Shown here in pieces: positions 29,031 through 38,812 of a stretch of 64,000 nt of DNA (position 1 is the first letter of the stretch; every line of letters begins with the position of its first letter). This DNA is from Thermoplasmatota archaeon. GTDB taxonomy: Archaea > Thermoplasmatota > Penumbrarchaeia > Penumbrarchaeales > Penumbrarchaeaceae. Below the pieces are notes generated by a model. It was not told where the DNA came from. It searched no databases and worked only from the letters and a program-made list of their open reading frames with translations. Location: positions 45,660-109,659 of the forward strand of contig CBDDUX010000040.1 of the NCBI GenBank assembly GCA_965234725.1. Reading direction: 5' to 3'. The position numbers and the translations under genes are program-made.

Positions 29031-31664
29031 ATGAATAGAATCAAAACCTCATCCACACTGATCCTGATCGTACTTATCATGGCAGGATCTTTGATCCTTT
29101 TTATTGAAAGGGCAACTGCTCAGGAATATCAAGATGAGGTCAAGCTTTACCTTCACAGGGCAGGCGGGGGAACCATGAGCACAATCCCTCCGGTCCTGGA
29201 TCCCAGGGAACGATTGGAGATAATGACCATCGGAACCACAAATGTCTATAACCTCACCTATCCGCTCACAAGGGAACTCAGTATCACAGGGAACCGTTCA
29301 GGCAGCGACATGACCATGAAGCTGTTCCTAATCGGCTCCACAGCCATTGGCGTAACCCCATCACATGTTCTCGATGTTCGGGTTATCGAGATAGAAGCCA
29401 ATGAACAGGAAAATCAGATAGCCGCAAACAGGTTCGAGGGGGAATCAATGCTTGAGGATGAACTTGATCTTATCTTTACCTCATCATCTTCAGTTACTCT
29501 CAAGGAAGGGTCCCGTCTCCATTTGAGGATTATGCTCGAGGGAGATTCCACCCTCGGATTCAGTTACAGTTACTATGGAACACCGGAGAGCTCACACATC
29601 TCCCTAAAAGCCGAACCGATCAGGGAAGAGGATCTCTCCTTGGACCTAATGGACAGCGAGGGAGGCGAATTGGAAGAACTACTTCCCAACGGACCTGATA
29701 GTGCAAGGACCTTCGATGCATCCGTGATGGTCGTTGACGCTTTTGGTGCCTATGATATCGAAGGTATCAATCTTCTCCTGTCGTCCGGATCGGGAAATTC
29801 CATATGGAACCTGACGGACACTCCGGATGAGAGTGGCGGGGAAATGAATGCATATCTGAACATCTCCCACACCATACCTGAGGGAACCCCTGAGGGAGAA
29901 TACACTTTGACAGTTACCGTTACCAGCAGGACGGGTCAAATGATCATTGATGATACCACACTATTGGTGGCATCGGGACTTCAGGTTACACTGCAGGACC
30001 CCGAGAGGGAAGCGGACGCAGGTTCGGTCCTTGAATTCTCCGTGGCCATATTGAATGGAGGCGAGGGGACAGACAGGGTCACATTCTCACATAATACGAA
30101 GCTGGGTTGGAGCATAGAGGACCCGGACCCCATAGAGATAAACGGCGGGGATACGAATTCAGTCTCTTTCAGGGTCCAGGTTCCCATCAGATCCTCTCTG
30201 GGAGATGAGGATATTATCGATCTCAACATACAGTCAAGGAATGCGGATAAGACCTATTCCAGAGAAGCCAGGGTAACGGTTGTCTCTGTGGCAGAGTTCG
30301 GTGTCGAGGTAGTGGGTGAGTCCACAAAAGCCGTTGTATCCGGAGGAGGGTCACAATTCTCGATCAACATCATAAACATCGAGGATGCTGAGTCCACTTT
30401 CGAGGTAGGGGTGGAGGATATGCCCCAAGGATGGTCCGTCTCATACTCGGGGTCCAACGGTTCGACCCAGGGTTCCCTTTTCATTCTGAAAATGGATGGG
30501 GACAGTGAAGGTACTGTCGACATGAACATAATGACCTCATCTGATTCGGACGGAGTGTTCCCCATATCGACCTTTGTCAGGAAACAGGGTGAGACCGAAA
30601 AGAGGTCCGTCTACCTCAAATTGAGGGTAGTTGACCCGACAAGGGACGTTCTGATGCTGATGGATACAACCGATACAAAGCAGTCTGCCAGAGTAGGTTC
30701 GAACAACCCGATAGAATACTCTGAGGTCTTCTTCACCCTGGAGTTCTACAATCCAAGCCTCACTGAATCCAGGATCCGTATCAATGTGTTCGGCCCTACC
30801 GGTTGGGACCTGGAATACGACTACGGCTCACTTGACCTTCTTCCTGGAGAATCCTCCAGTTGGAATATCTCGATAGGACCCAGGGATGGGGAGCTTTACG
30901 AACCGGATCCATATGAGGTAAGAGTCGAGGTCGATGGCGGAAGCATTGGGACCTTTGATAGTGTACTGAAGGTTGAGCTGAAAATGATCACCTCGATCCG
31001 CATCGATCCGGAAAAGGATGTTTTTGATATAGTTCAGGGGAAAGAAGCAATGGTTAATGTTTCATTCATTAACCACGGGAATTACGAAGCCGAGTTGGAT
31101 ATCACCCTTGAATTCCCGGATCAGCTTGAGATCTCATACGAGACCACAACCCTTACCCTTCAACCAGAGGACCAAGGGACGGTGCGTTTCAAGGTCAAGG
31201 TAATGGATGCAGGTGACCAGGGAGGACTGACATTCACGATCGGCTACGATATCGACGGGATCAAAGGATCAAGGGACATTGCCGTTTTCCCATTGAAAGA
31301 GGGATCTGAAAATGCAGGTCCCAATTTCATCTGGATAGGAGCGGCGATCCTGGCTATAATTGTGATCGGAGCTGTTGGTTTCTTCCTCTATTCAAAATAT
31401 TACAGGACCGGAGAGAATAACAAGGGCCCGGTCCCTGAAAAGAAAAATGAACCCTTAGGTCAGGTCAGGATATCAGCTGTACCTCAAAAGAGTGTGGAAT
31501 CCGGAAGACCCGTCAGACCTCCCAGGTCTGCATCTGTTGAGAAAGCTGACGATATTGCCAATTCCTTGCTCGGTGAGGACCTTGATAAAAGAGAGATCTC
31601 CGGGGGTGTGACAGTGGAAGCCGACAGGGCGCACGAGGTTGTTACAGCAGAGATCATGGAGTGA
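29031..31664 (+). CDS. Secreted Ig-like (NEW3/CARDB-like) repeat protein with TM anchor and cytoplasmic tail
   Basis: Signal peptide; N.G...D.V/GW.V repeats; TM FIWIGAAILAIIVIGAVGFFLY. Confidence 0.75.
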   Translation: MNRIKTSSTLILIVLIMAGSLILFIERATAQEYQDEVKLYLHRAGGGTMSTIPPVLDPRERLEIMTIGTTNVYNLTYPLTRELSITGNRSGSDMTMKLFLIGSTAIGVTPSHVLDVRVIEIEANEQENQIAANRFEGESMLEDELDLIFTSSSSVTLKEGSRLHLRIMLEGDSTLGFSYSYYGTPESSHISLKAEPIREEDLSLDLMDSEGGELEELLPNGPDSARTFDASVMVVDAFGAYDIEGINLLLSSGSGNSIWNLTDTPDESGGEMNAYLNISHTIPEGTPEGEYTLTVTVTSRTGQMIIDDTTLLVASGLQVTLQDPEREADAGSVLEFSVAILNGGEGTDRVTFSHNTKLGWSIEDPDPIEINGGDTNSVSFRVQVPIRSSLGDEDIIDLNIQSRNADKTYSREARVTVVSVAEFGVEVVGESTKAVVSGGGSQFSINIINIEDAESTFEVGVEDMPQGWSVSYSGSNGSTQGSLFILKMDGDSEGTVDMNIMTSSDSDGVFPISTFVRKQGETEKRSVYLKLRVVDPTRDVLMLMDTTDTKQSARVGSNNPIEYSEVFFTLEFYNPSLTESRIRINVFGPTGWDLEYDYGSLDLLPGESSSWNISIGPRDGELYEPDPYEVRVEVDGGSIGTFDSVLKVELKMITSIRIDPEKDVFDIVQGKEAMVNVSFINHGNYEAELDITLEFPDQLEISYETTTLTLQPEDQGTVRFKVKVMDAGDQGGLTFTIGYDIDGIKGSRDIAVFPLKEGSENAGPNFIWIGAAILAIIVIGAVGFFLYSKYYRTGENNKGPVPEKKNEPLGQVRISAVPQKSVESGRPVRPPRSASVEKADDIANSLLGEDLDKREISGGVTVEADRAHEVVTAEIME

Positions 31665-31668
31665 TATC

Positions 31669-33264
31669 ATGATATCACCTCTGGATGTACCGGTCCTTGA
31701 TATCAATTCGGAAGAGCTGGGGATCCAGGTTGGAACACTTATGGAAAATGCTGGGAAAGCATTATCTCAAACTATAAAGGACAGATACGGTAGAAGTAAA
31801 GTATTGATGGTACTCGGAACTGGTAATAATGGAGGGGACGGAATGGTGGCTGCCCGTCATCTTGTATCAGGAGGTTGCAAAGTCTCCATTTTGATGGCTG
31901 GAGACCCATCCAGGATCAGAACGGAGATATCAAGAAGAGCTTTCGAGGACCTCCCTTCCGAGATCAAGGTCATGACCGTTGAGGATGCCCTCTTAGAAGA
32001 TGCATCCCAGGACCTTATAGATGGGCATGACATCATAGTTGACGGACTGCTGGGTTCAGGTGCTCATGGCCCTCCTAGGGGTGATCATTTAAAGGCGATG
32101 GATCTCATCGATCAGAAAAGAAGAGTGGTCTCGATCGACATACCCACCGGCATAGGAACTGCCCATAGCGTATCCGCAGAGGTAACAGTGACATTTCATG
32201 ATATCAAGACAAATATGTTGGATGGAAATGGAAATGCCAGACCCGAATGCGGAGAGATCATCATAAAGGATATCGGCATCCCCCGCTCCGCTTCGACATA
32301 TGTTGGAAGAGGAGACCTGCTCCGTATTCCGAAGAAGGGGAGTGACATACACAAGGGAGAAGGAGGGAAACTGCTGGTTATTGGAGGAGGGCCTTTCACG
32401 GGTGCTCCAATCCTTGCTTCACTTTCAGGGTTCCGGACCGGGTGCGACCTTATCAGGGTTGCAGTTCCCAAAGGGATCTGGCAGGTTGTAGCATCCGCCT
32501 CCCCCTGCTTGATAACCGAGATGCTGGATACCGATGACCCTTTCAAACTTGGTCCCGAGATCATTGAAGCCGTCGAACCCATGATCGATTGGGCGGATGC
32601 GGTCCTGATAGGACCCGGAAGCGGCAGTGACCGTGGAACCCTTCAAACTTTGAAGGAGCTGATCGACCTCTCTATTTCAAGGGGAAAAAGGACCTGCATA
32701 GATGCAGATGGAATTACCTCTGTATCAAGAAAAACTGGAGATTGGCCTCCCATATCAGGAGATGAGGTTCTTCTCACCCCCCATAGAGGTGAGCTTCGCA
32801 GACTCCTCGATGGAGCGGGGATCGGTTTTGACGAGGCGCGGATGAATGATCCAAATATTAAAAGTGGAGAAATCGAATTATGGTCGGATGAAGCATTGGA
32901 CCCGGTTGTCAGGTTCACCAAGTTGACCGGAGCAAGTCTTCTGGTCAAGGGAAGGATCGACATGGTCATGACCCCGCATGGACATTCTCTGAATGACCAC
33001 ATCATGCATCACTCTGTCCATGTGAGATACAACCGGACAGGAGTTCCTGAAATGAGCGTTGGAGGGACAGGTGATGTTCTAGCGGGTCTCAGTGCGGGAT
33101 TCATGGCCAGAGGAATGGGGGCCTTCGACTCGGGTTGCGTTGCATCCTACATCAATGGAAGGGCGGGGGAGATCTGTAAAAAAAGAATGGGGATCTCCCT
33201 TACAGCATCAGATATCCTTGGATCGATACCCTATGTTCTATCAGGAAACTCATCCTTTTCCTGA
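31669..33264 (+). CDS. nnr: Bifunctional NAD(P)H-hydrate epimerase/dehydratase
   Basis: LMENAG, GTGNNGGDG, SIDIPTG, HKGEGGK, GPG.G, IDADG, LTPHRGE, GGTGDVLAG. Confidence 0.93.
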   Translation: MISPLDVPVLDINSEELGIQVGTLMENAGKALSQTIKDRYGRSKVLMVLGTGNNGGDGMVAARHLVSGGCKVSILMAGDPSRIRTEISRRAFEDLPSEIKVMTVEDALLEDASQDLIDGHDIIVDGLLGSGAHGPPRGDHLKAMDLIDQKRRVVSIDIPTGIGTAHSVSAEVTVTFHDIKTNMLDGNGNARPECGEIIIKDIGIPRSASTYVGRGDLLRIPKKGSDIHKGEGGKLLVIGGGPFTGAPILASLSGFRTGCDLIRVAVPKGIWQVVASASPCLITEMLDTDDPFKLGPEIIEAVEPMIDWADAVLIGPGSGSDRGTLQTLKELIDLSISRGKRTCIDADGITSVSRKTGDWPPISGDEVLLTPHRGELRRLLDGAGIGFDEARMNDPNIKSGEIELWSDEALDPVVRFTKLTGASLLVKGRIDMVMTPHGHSLNDHIMHHSVHVRYNRTGVPEMSVGGTGDVLAGLSAGFMARGMGAFDSGCVASYINGRAGEICKKRMGISLTASDILGSIPYVLSGNSSFS

Positions 33265-33632
33265 TATAGGTCCATTACCTGTCCGCATGGACAGTGGTAC
33301 CTTAGATGAAAATCAATTTTGGAGGTATCTATCCGCGTTCCACATCCTGGACAAGGGATGGAGAGTCTTCCCTTCAGGAATATTGGCCGAATGCTATCCT
33401 TTTTTTGCTTGCTTTTTGATGTCCTATGGAACAAGAGGAGGATGATCCCGATGACCCAGAGGATCAGACCAGCGATCCCGAGAGGGGTAGGAAATCCCAT
33501 ATCAAAGAAATTACCCCCCTCATCACCGTTGGTGATGACAACAACAGTAATATCGGCCATGAGGGTGAAAGAACCCAGTCCGAAAAGGATGGATGCTGCG
33601 ATTCCTTTCGTCATCCTCATTGGTGGTACCAT
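33231..33632 (-). CDS. Small 2-TM protein with C-terminal zinc ribbon
   Basis: Two hydrophobic helices; CPGCG...HCPCG. Confidence 0.6.
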   Translation of the reverse strand: MVPPMRMTKGIAASILFGLGSFTLMADITVVVITNGDEGGNFFDMGFPTPLGIAGLILWVIGIILLLFHRTSKSKQKKDSIRPIFLKGRLSIPCPGCGTRIDTSKIDFHLRYHCPCGQVMDLYQEKDEFPDRT

Positions 33633-33812
33633 TAGGATTTGAATGCTGGTCCGGGGTTATATCTGTAACGGAGAGGTTATCAAGGACCTGGTCCGAATAA
33701 TGATAGATCATCGGAAGGTCCTGTTCTCGGACCGATCGGGTCGCCTCTGCAATCCTATTTTATATCTGTTATGGATTGAGGTTCAACAGCATACAGGGAT
33801 ATCATCCCGGGG

Positions 33813-34187
33813 GTGGTAATTGTGGCAGAAGAAAAGACAAAGACCGATTATTTCCCGGATCTGGAATATAGATTCTTTCCCGTAGTCTTCGACGAGAAGG
33901 AAATGGAGGGGATCCAGGGACCGGTTTACAGACCGTCAGGAGAGTTGATGGATCTCGGAGAGACCAAGACCGTTGGAATGGAAAGACCTACGGAAGTATT
34001 CCACGATGGTGATGCTAAGGTATATGAACTGTCCACTCAGGAGATGGACATTAATAAGGAGATTAAGGGATCTGCTCTGGGATCCATACCCTGTCCCAAC
34101 TGTGGCAACATGATAGACATAACATCCGAAAAAAGACCACTGAAGATAAAATGCGATAGCTGTGGAAAGAAGGGAAAGCTAGAGTAG
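33813..34187 (+). CDS. Hypothetical protein with C-terminal zinc ribbon
   Basis: IPCPNCG...RPLKIKCDSCGKKGKL. Confidence 0.7.
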   Translation: MVIVAEEKTKTDYFPDLEYRFFPVVFDEKEMEGIQGPVYRPSGELMDLGETKTVGMERPTEVFHDGDAKVYELSTQEMDINKEIKGSALGSIPCPNCGNMIDITSEKRPLKIKCDSCGKKGKLE

Positions 34188-34205
34188 AGTCAAGGTTGAG
34201 GTTCC

Positions 34206-35117
34206 ATGGGAAGGATCAAGATCGGGAACAGCGGTTGGTCCTACAAGGAGTGGGTCGGTTCTTTCTATCCAAAAGGTTTGAAGCAGGAAAGATTCCTTTC
34301 GGAATACTTTTCACATTTCAAGACAGTTGAGATCAATTCCACTTTCTACAGGATACCCGATATTCGGTCTGTCAAGAATTGGGCAACCGAGGCGAACAGA
34401 CACGGAGATAGAGAGTTCTGTGTCAAGGTCCCCCAAACTGTTTCCCACCAGCTTTGTATGATGGAGGACCCAGATGATATGGTTAAAGCTTATTCCAATT
34501 TCAGTTCAATCGTCCTTGAACCCCTTCATGATTCAGGGACCCTGGGTGCAGTACTTTTCCAGGCATCTCCCTACTTCACCATGAGAGGGGATATAAAATA
34601 CAGGATGAAGAGCGAACCAAAGGTCCCGCTGCCGGATTACTCCATGGGATTGGAGCGGCTAAACGAAGTATGTGCCATGATGACAAGGCACCCGGGAGAG
34701 GGTGCGGTAGAACTCAGGAATTCATCATGGCTTGATGAGGATTCCAAACTTGTTAGTTCCGCTTTGGATGTCCTCAGAAAAAATGGGACCGCATTGGTCA
34801 CAATTGACGGCCCATCATTCCCATGGATCGAAACTGAATCATCCAGACACAATTACATCAGGTTCCATGGGAGGAACAAGGAAGGGTGGTTTAAAAAAAT
34901 GGATGAGAACCCTTCAGCGAGGTATATGTACAAATATTCCAACGAAGAGTTAAGGGAGAGAATAGATCCGATCAAGATAATGGCATCAAAGGTTGACAAG
35001 GACACCAGGATATTCTTCAATAATCATCCTCAGGGCTATGCCCCTCAAAACGCCCTTTCCATCATGGAGATGCTTGGGATCGATCGACCAACCGGAGCAA
35101 TAGACCGATTCTGGTAA
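34206..35117 (+). CDS. DUF72 (YecE-like) protein
   Basis: IGNSGWSYKEWVGSFYP, TVEINSTFY, VELRNSSW, YIRFHGRN, FFNNH. Confidence 0.92.
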   Translation: MGRIKIGNSGWSYKEWVGSFYPKGLKQERFLSEYFSHFKTVEINSTFYRIPDIRSVKNWATEANRHGDREFCVKVPQTVSHQLCMMEDPDDMVKAYSNFSSIVLEPLHDSGTLGAVLFQASPYFTMRGDIKYRMKSEPKVPLPDYSMGLERLNEVCAMMTRHPGEGAVELRNSSWLDEDSKLVSSALDVLRKNGTALVTIDGPSFPWIETESSRHNYIRFHGRNKEGWFKKMDENPSARYMYKYSNEELRERIDPIKIMASKVDKDTRIFFNNHPQGYAPQNALSIMEMLGIDRPTGAIDRFW

Positions 35118-35168
35118 GGGGGCCTACTGAAGAAAAAACTTTATTGTCATCTGGGCCGATCCGCATTC

Positions 35169-36179
35169 ATGAAAAATGAAAGGGAGGCGGAATTCTGGAA
35201 CGGTCCGAAGGACGGTAAGGTAGGATGCCTTCTATGCCCCCATAAATGCAGGATCGGACCTGATCGAAGCGGTATTTGCGGTGTCAGGTTCAACCGTAAT
35301 GATAGACTGAAGGCAGAAGCTTACGGCATATACCCGGCCATACACATGGATCCCATAGAGAAGAAACCTCTGAACCATTTCATCCCCGGATCGAACATCT
35401 TGAGCCTTGGCTCGGTGGGATGCAACCTATCCTGCCTCCACTGTCAGAACTGGTCCCTGGCCAGGGCCTCCGTTGAGGGCCTGGATGGAGATGGATTGTC
35501 CGTCGATGAACTCTGTAGAAGGTCGACCGCAAGGGGATCGATCGGTGTAGCCTTCACGTATAATGAGCCGACGATCAATTATGAGTTTATTATTGACTGC
35601 GCTCCCTTGTTGAGAGAAAATGGTTCGAAGGTGGTACTCGTTACCAACGGATACCTTGAACCAGAACCCTGGGACCTTCTTATGGATCATACTGATGCGG
35701 CAAACATTGACGTCAAGGGTTTCACAGAGGAGTTCTACAGGACCGTTACAGGAGGATCGCTGGCCCCTGTCCTCAGGAATGTCAGGTCCGCTTTCGAGAA
35801 AGGGGTTCACATCGAGATCGCATATCTGGTGATACCTGGAAAGAACGATGACGGCCAGGTAAATGATTTCATTGATTTCATGATCTCGGAAATATCACCT
35901 GAAATTCCAGTCCATTTCAATCGTTTCCACCCCGACCATAAAATGACCGATATTCCTCCAACACCAAGAGAGACACTTCTTAGTATCAAAAAAAGAGCGA
36001 TAACAAAAGGAATGGAAAATGTATTCATCGGTAATCTGGGAGGGACCAAGGAGAATGATACGATCTGCCCATCCTGTGGGAAGACCCTGGTATCAAGAGA
36101 AGGTTTCTGGACACCCAAGGTCAGAATAAAAGATGGAAGCTGTCCAAAATGCAAGAAGAAGGTATACGGGGTTTGGTGA
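35169..36179 (+). CDS. AmmeMemoRadiSam system radical SAM enzyme (PFL-activase-like)
   Basis: CLLCPHKC...CGVR, DPIEKKPL.HF, GCNLSCLHCQNW, FTYNEP, NIDVK, RFHP, T.CP.CG. Confidence 0.92.
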   Translation: MKNEREAEFWNGPKDGKVGCLLCPHKCRIGPDRSGICGVRFNRNDRLKAEAYGIYPAIHMDPIEKKPLNHFIPGSNILSLGSVGCNLSCLHCQNWSLARASVEGLDGDGLSVDELCRRSTARGSIGVAFTYNEPTINYEFIIDCAPLLRENGSKVVLVTNGYLEPEPWDLLMDHTDAANIDVKGFTEEFYRTVTGGSLAPVLRNVRSAFEKGVHIEIAYLVIPGKNDDGQVNDFIDFMISEISPEIPVHFNRFHPDHKMTDIPPTPRETLLSIKKRAITKGMENVFIGNLGGTKENDTICPSCGKTLVSREGFWTPKVRIKDGSCPKCKKKVYGVW

Positions 36180-36247
36180 ATCTTGTCTGATCCCAATTAT
36201 GATCGATGAAATTGTAATCGGGGAAGAATATAAACACCATCACTGAA

Positions 36248-37192
36248 ATGACCGGAGGACCCCTCATGAATACTATTCTTATCAGATATGCAGAACTTGG
36301 CCTGAAATCGGAAAGGGTCAGGTCCAGGTTCCTGTCCCAGTTTGTAAAGGATATTAACAATACCCTCACAGACCATGGGATCGAGCATTTTATAAGAACG
36401 GAAAGAGGAAGGATCTTTGTTGAGACAGAAGAGATCGAAGGTTCAGTGGAATTGCTTAGGACGATCCCTGGAATACATTCACTATCTGTTGTAGAGGAGA
36501 CCACCTCGGAAATGGAAGGCCTGATGGGTGCTTTATCCGAATTCTCAAATTCCAGATTGAAGGAAGGAATGACATTCGGGATAAAGGTGAAGAAGGCCTT
36601 CGAGATGGCCCTTTCCACAAGGGACATAGCCATCAGAGGCGGAACAGCAGTTTGTTCCCATCTCGATGAAGGAAGTGTGAAAGTTGACCTTGAAAAACCA
36701 GATATCTGGTTCGAAATAGAGATCAGGAAGGACCATGCATATATCTTCACCGATCGGATCCCGGGGATCGGAGGTATGCCTTCATCCACCCAGGGAAAGG
36801 TCCTCCTTTATCTTCCGGGGAGGGATAAGCTCTCAGGATCAGAGATGCTCATGGGGAATAGAGCACGTTTATCGAGAAAGATGATGTTGAGAAGAGGATG
36901 CAGGGTCATCCCCACTCTCTTTGAAGAGGACCTCCCGGGATGGTCCGATGTAATTCAAGACCTGAAGGAAGATGGAAAGGGACCTTTCCTCCTGAGGGGA
37001 AATAATGTGATGGAAGCTCTTGGAGAAGCGGTACGAAAGACCGATTGCCTCGGAATAGTCCATCCAGGAACCCTCGACGACCTTCAGGACCTTCCGGTCA
37101 TCCATGGGTCCGGAATGCCTGTTTCATTATTCATGCCAACTGTTTCTCTGAACGGGGATGAAATTGACAGCTGGCTGAAGAGATTCAGATAG
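36248..37192 (+). CDS. ThiI-like THUMP-domain protein with degenerate PP-loop domain
   Basis: ILIRYAELGLKS, KVDLEKPD..FEIEIR, GIGGMP.STQGKVL; SGGIDS motif absent. Confidence 0.75.
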   Translation: MTGGPLMNTILIRYAELGLKSERVRSRFLSQFVKDINNTLTDHGIEHFIRTERGRIFVETEEIEGSVELLRTIPGIHSLSVVEETTSEMEGLMGALSEFSNSRLKEGMTFGIKVKKAFEMALSTRDIAIRGGTAVCSHLDEGSVKVDLEKPDIWFEIEIRKDHAYIFTDRIPGIGGMPSSTQGKVLLYLPGRDKLSGSEMLMGNRARLSRKMMLRRGCRVIPTLFEEDLPGWSDVIQDLKEDGKGPFLLRGNNVMEALGEAVRKTDCLGIVHPGTLDDLQDLPVIHGSGMPVSLFMPTVSLNGDEIDSWLKRFR

Positions 37193-37302
37193 TTGATATT
37201 GGGTCTTTTCCAACCGAAAGTTTTAAGAAAGTATTTATATAGTGTAACTGTACCAACTAACCTGTTCGACCAGATTTCAGTAAGACAAAATGAGGTGATC
37301 CA

Positions 37303-37845
37303 TTGGATATCAAAGTGGAGAATGTGGTGGCATCGGCCTCTGCCGGAGCACCGCTCGACCTACAAAAGATCTCAATGACGCTTGAGGATGCGGAATACGT
37401 ACCGGAAAAGTTCCCTGGACTCATTTACAGGATCAAGGACCCAAAGACAGCTCTACTGCTATTTTCCTCGGGTAAGCTCGTTTGCACAGGAGCCAAGAGT
37501 GTGAAAATGGCAAATGAGGTCGTCCAAAGGGTGATGAAACAGATCAGGGAGATGGGTATTGATGTCCTGGAAAAACCGGAGGTCAAGATACAGAACATCG
37601 TGGCCACCACGGACCTCAAGACAGATCTGAACCTGAACTCAATTGCTATCACCCTGGGGTTGGAAAGGGTTGAATACGAACCGGAACAGTTCCCAGGTCT
37701 GGTCTATCGCGTTGATGAACCGAAGGTCGTTGCACTACTATTCGGTTCGGGAAAGATCGTATGCACCGGTGCCAAAGAGATACCTGACATTGACAGGGCA
37801 CTTTTGAAGATAACAAAAGAACTTTCGGAAGCTGGACTGCTTTGA
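37303..37845 (+). CDS. tbp: TATA-box binding protein
   Basis: IKVENVVAS, Y.PE.FPGL.YR twice, LF.SGK.VCTGAK twice; GAGGTGA SD before TTG. Confidence 0.97.
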   Translation: MDIKVENVVASASAGAPLDLQKISMTLEDAEYVPEKFPGLIYRIKDPKTALLLFSSGKLVCTGAKSVKMANEVVQRVMKQIREMGIDVLEKPEVKIQNIVATTDLKTDLNLNSIAITLGLERVEYEPEQFPGLVYRVDEPKVVALLFGSGKIVCTGAKEIPDIDRALLKITKELSEAGLL

Positions 37846-37859
37846 AGGGGGAAAGGACC

Positions 37860-38717
37860 ATGGGTTTTCTGGATAGAATACTGGGAAGGAGAAAAAAGGC
37901 ACCTGCGCGACCCCGGTACGATCGGTTTGATGATTACGGACCGGACGACAGCTATGATTATGATGGGCCAGAGGACACCGAAGGAGCGTCCCTTCTTGTT
38001 GACCATCACATGGATTTCATCCCAAGCGACACCTACAAGAAGCACTTCATAGGAATGGTCTATTCTCTTGATATTGAAAATGGGACGGATTATCCAATGG
38101 GCAACGTAAGGGTCGAATTCCCTCCTTCCACAAAACTGGGTAGGTTCGGCAAGCCGGAACTGGATGGTAAAATGCTTGATCCGGGGGAAAGGATGAGCGT
38201 GAAGGTCCCTTTCATACCGAAATATCAGGGTGGAAAGGACGAGTTCGAGTTCGATATTGTTTTCTTCGATTTCCAGCATAAGGTGGAAGAGCGGGTCGTA
38301 CTCAAGAGCGAGCCTATCAAAGTGGTTGTACCCAAGTTCAAACCTGAGAAAATGGATGAGGATTCATACAGGTTCCTGACAGGAGATCTTTACAGATGGT
38401 CGACGGAGACAGAGATCATGAAGATGGATCCAAAGGAACTATATGATGGTCTGAAGGAACGTGCCCTCTCCATTGGATTCAGAGAGGCGAACGAGCTTTT
38501 GAATGATTCCATGTTCAGAGGCATAACCCAGCTTGCAGGATCTGATGAAAAGGGGAGGAAATGGGCTCTCCAGATACAGGTCATTGGAAGCCCAAAGGAG
38601 GCGAAACTCCTCCTTTATTCATATGGTGAAAGACCTCTGCAAGCCTACAGTCTTGCAGTAAAGACCCTTTTGAAGTTAGATGGCAGGGACCAAGTGGTTG
38701 GTGCTATCATCGATTGA
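37860..38717 (+). CDS. Hypothetical cytoplasmic protein; Ig-like sandwich + alpha/beta platform pattern reminiscent of adaptin/coatomer appendage
   Basis: Long ORF 14 bp after tbp; alternating beta pattern then KFKPEKMDEDSY and helix-strands-helix; function inferred only. Confidence 0.6.
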   Translation: MGFLDRILGRRKKAPARPRYDRFDDYGPDDSYDYDGPEDTEGASLLVDHHMDFIPSDTYKKHFIGMVYSLDIENGTDYPMGNVRVEFPPSTKLGRFGKPELDGKMLDPGERMSVKVPFIPKYQGGKDEFEFDIVFFDFQHKVEERVVLKSEPIKVVVPKFKPEKMDEDSYRFLTGDLYRWSTETEIMKMDPKELYDGLKERALSIGFREANELLNDSMFRGITQLAGSDEKGRKWALQIQVIGSPKEAKLLLYSYGERPLQAYSLAVKTLLKLDGRDQVVGAIID

Positions 38718-38812
38718 ACACGTTTATTTGGGGAAATTTCAAATATTATATGAATCGTTCTGAGCCTGGAGTGACCGACACCTAGGTCGATTCTTATCGG
38801 GAGGTTTAAAGG

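Noticed and set aside
35169-36179. Complete AmmeMemoRadiSam system
   Set aside because: AMMECR1 and Memo partners are not in this window; dispersal is unremarkable
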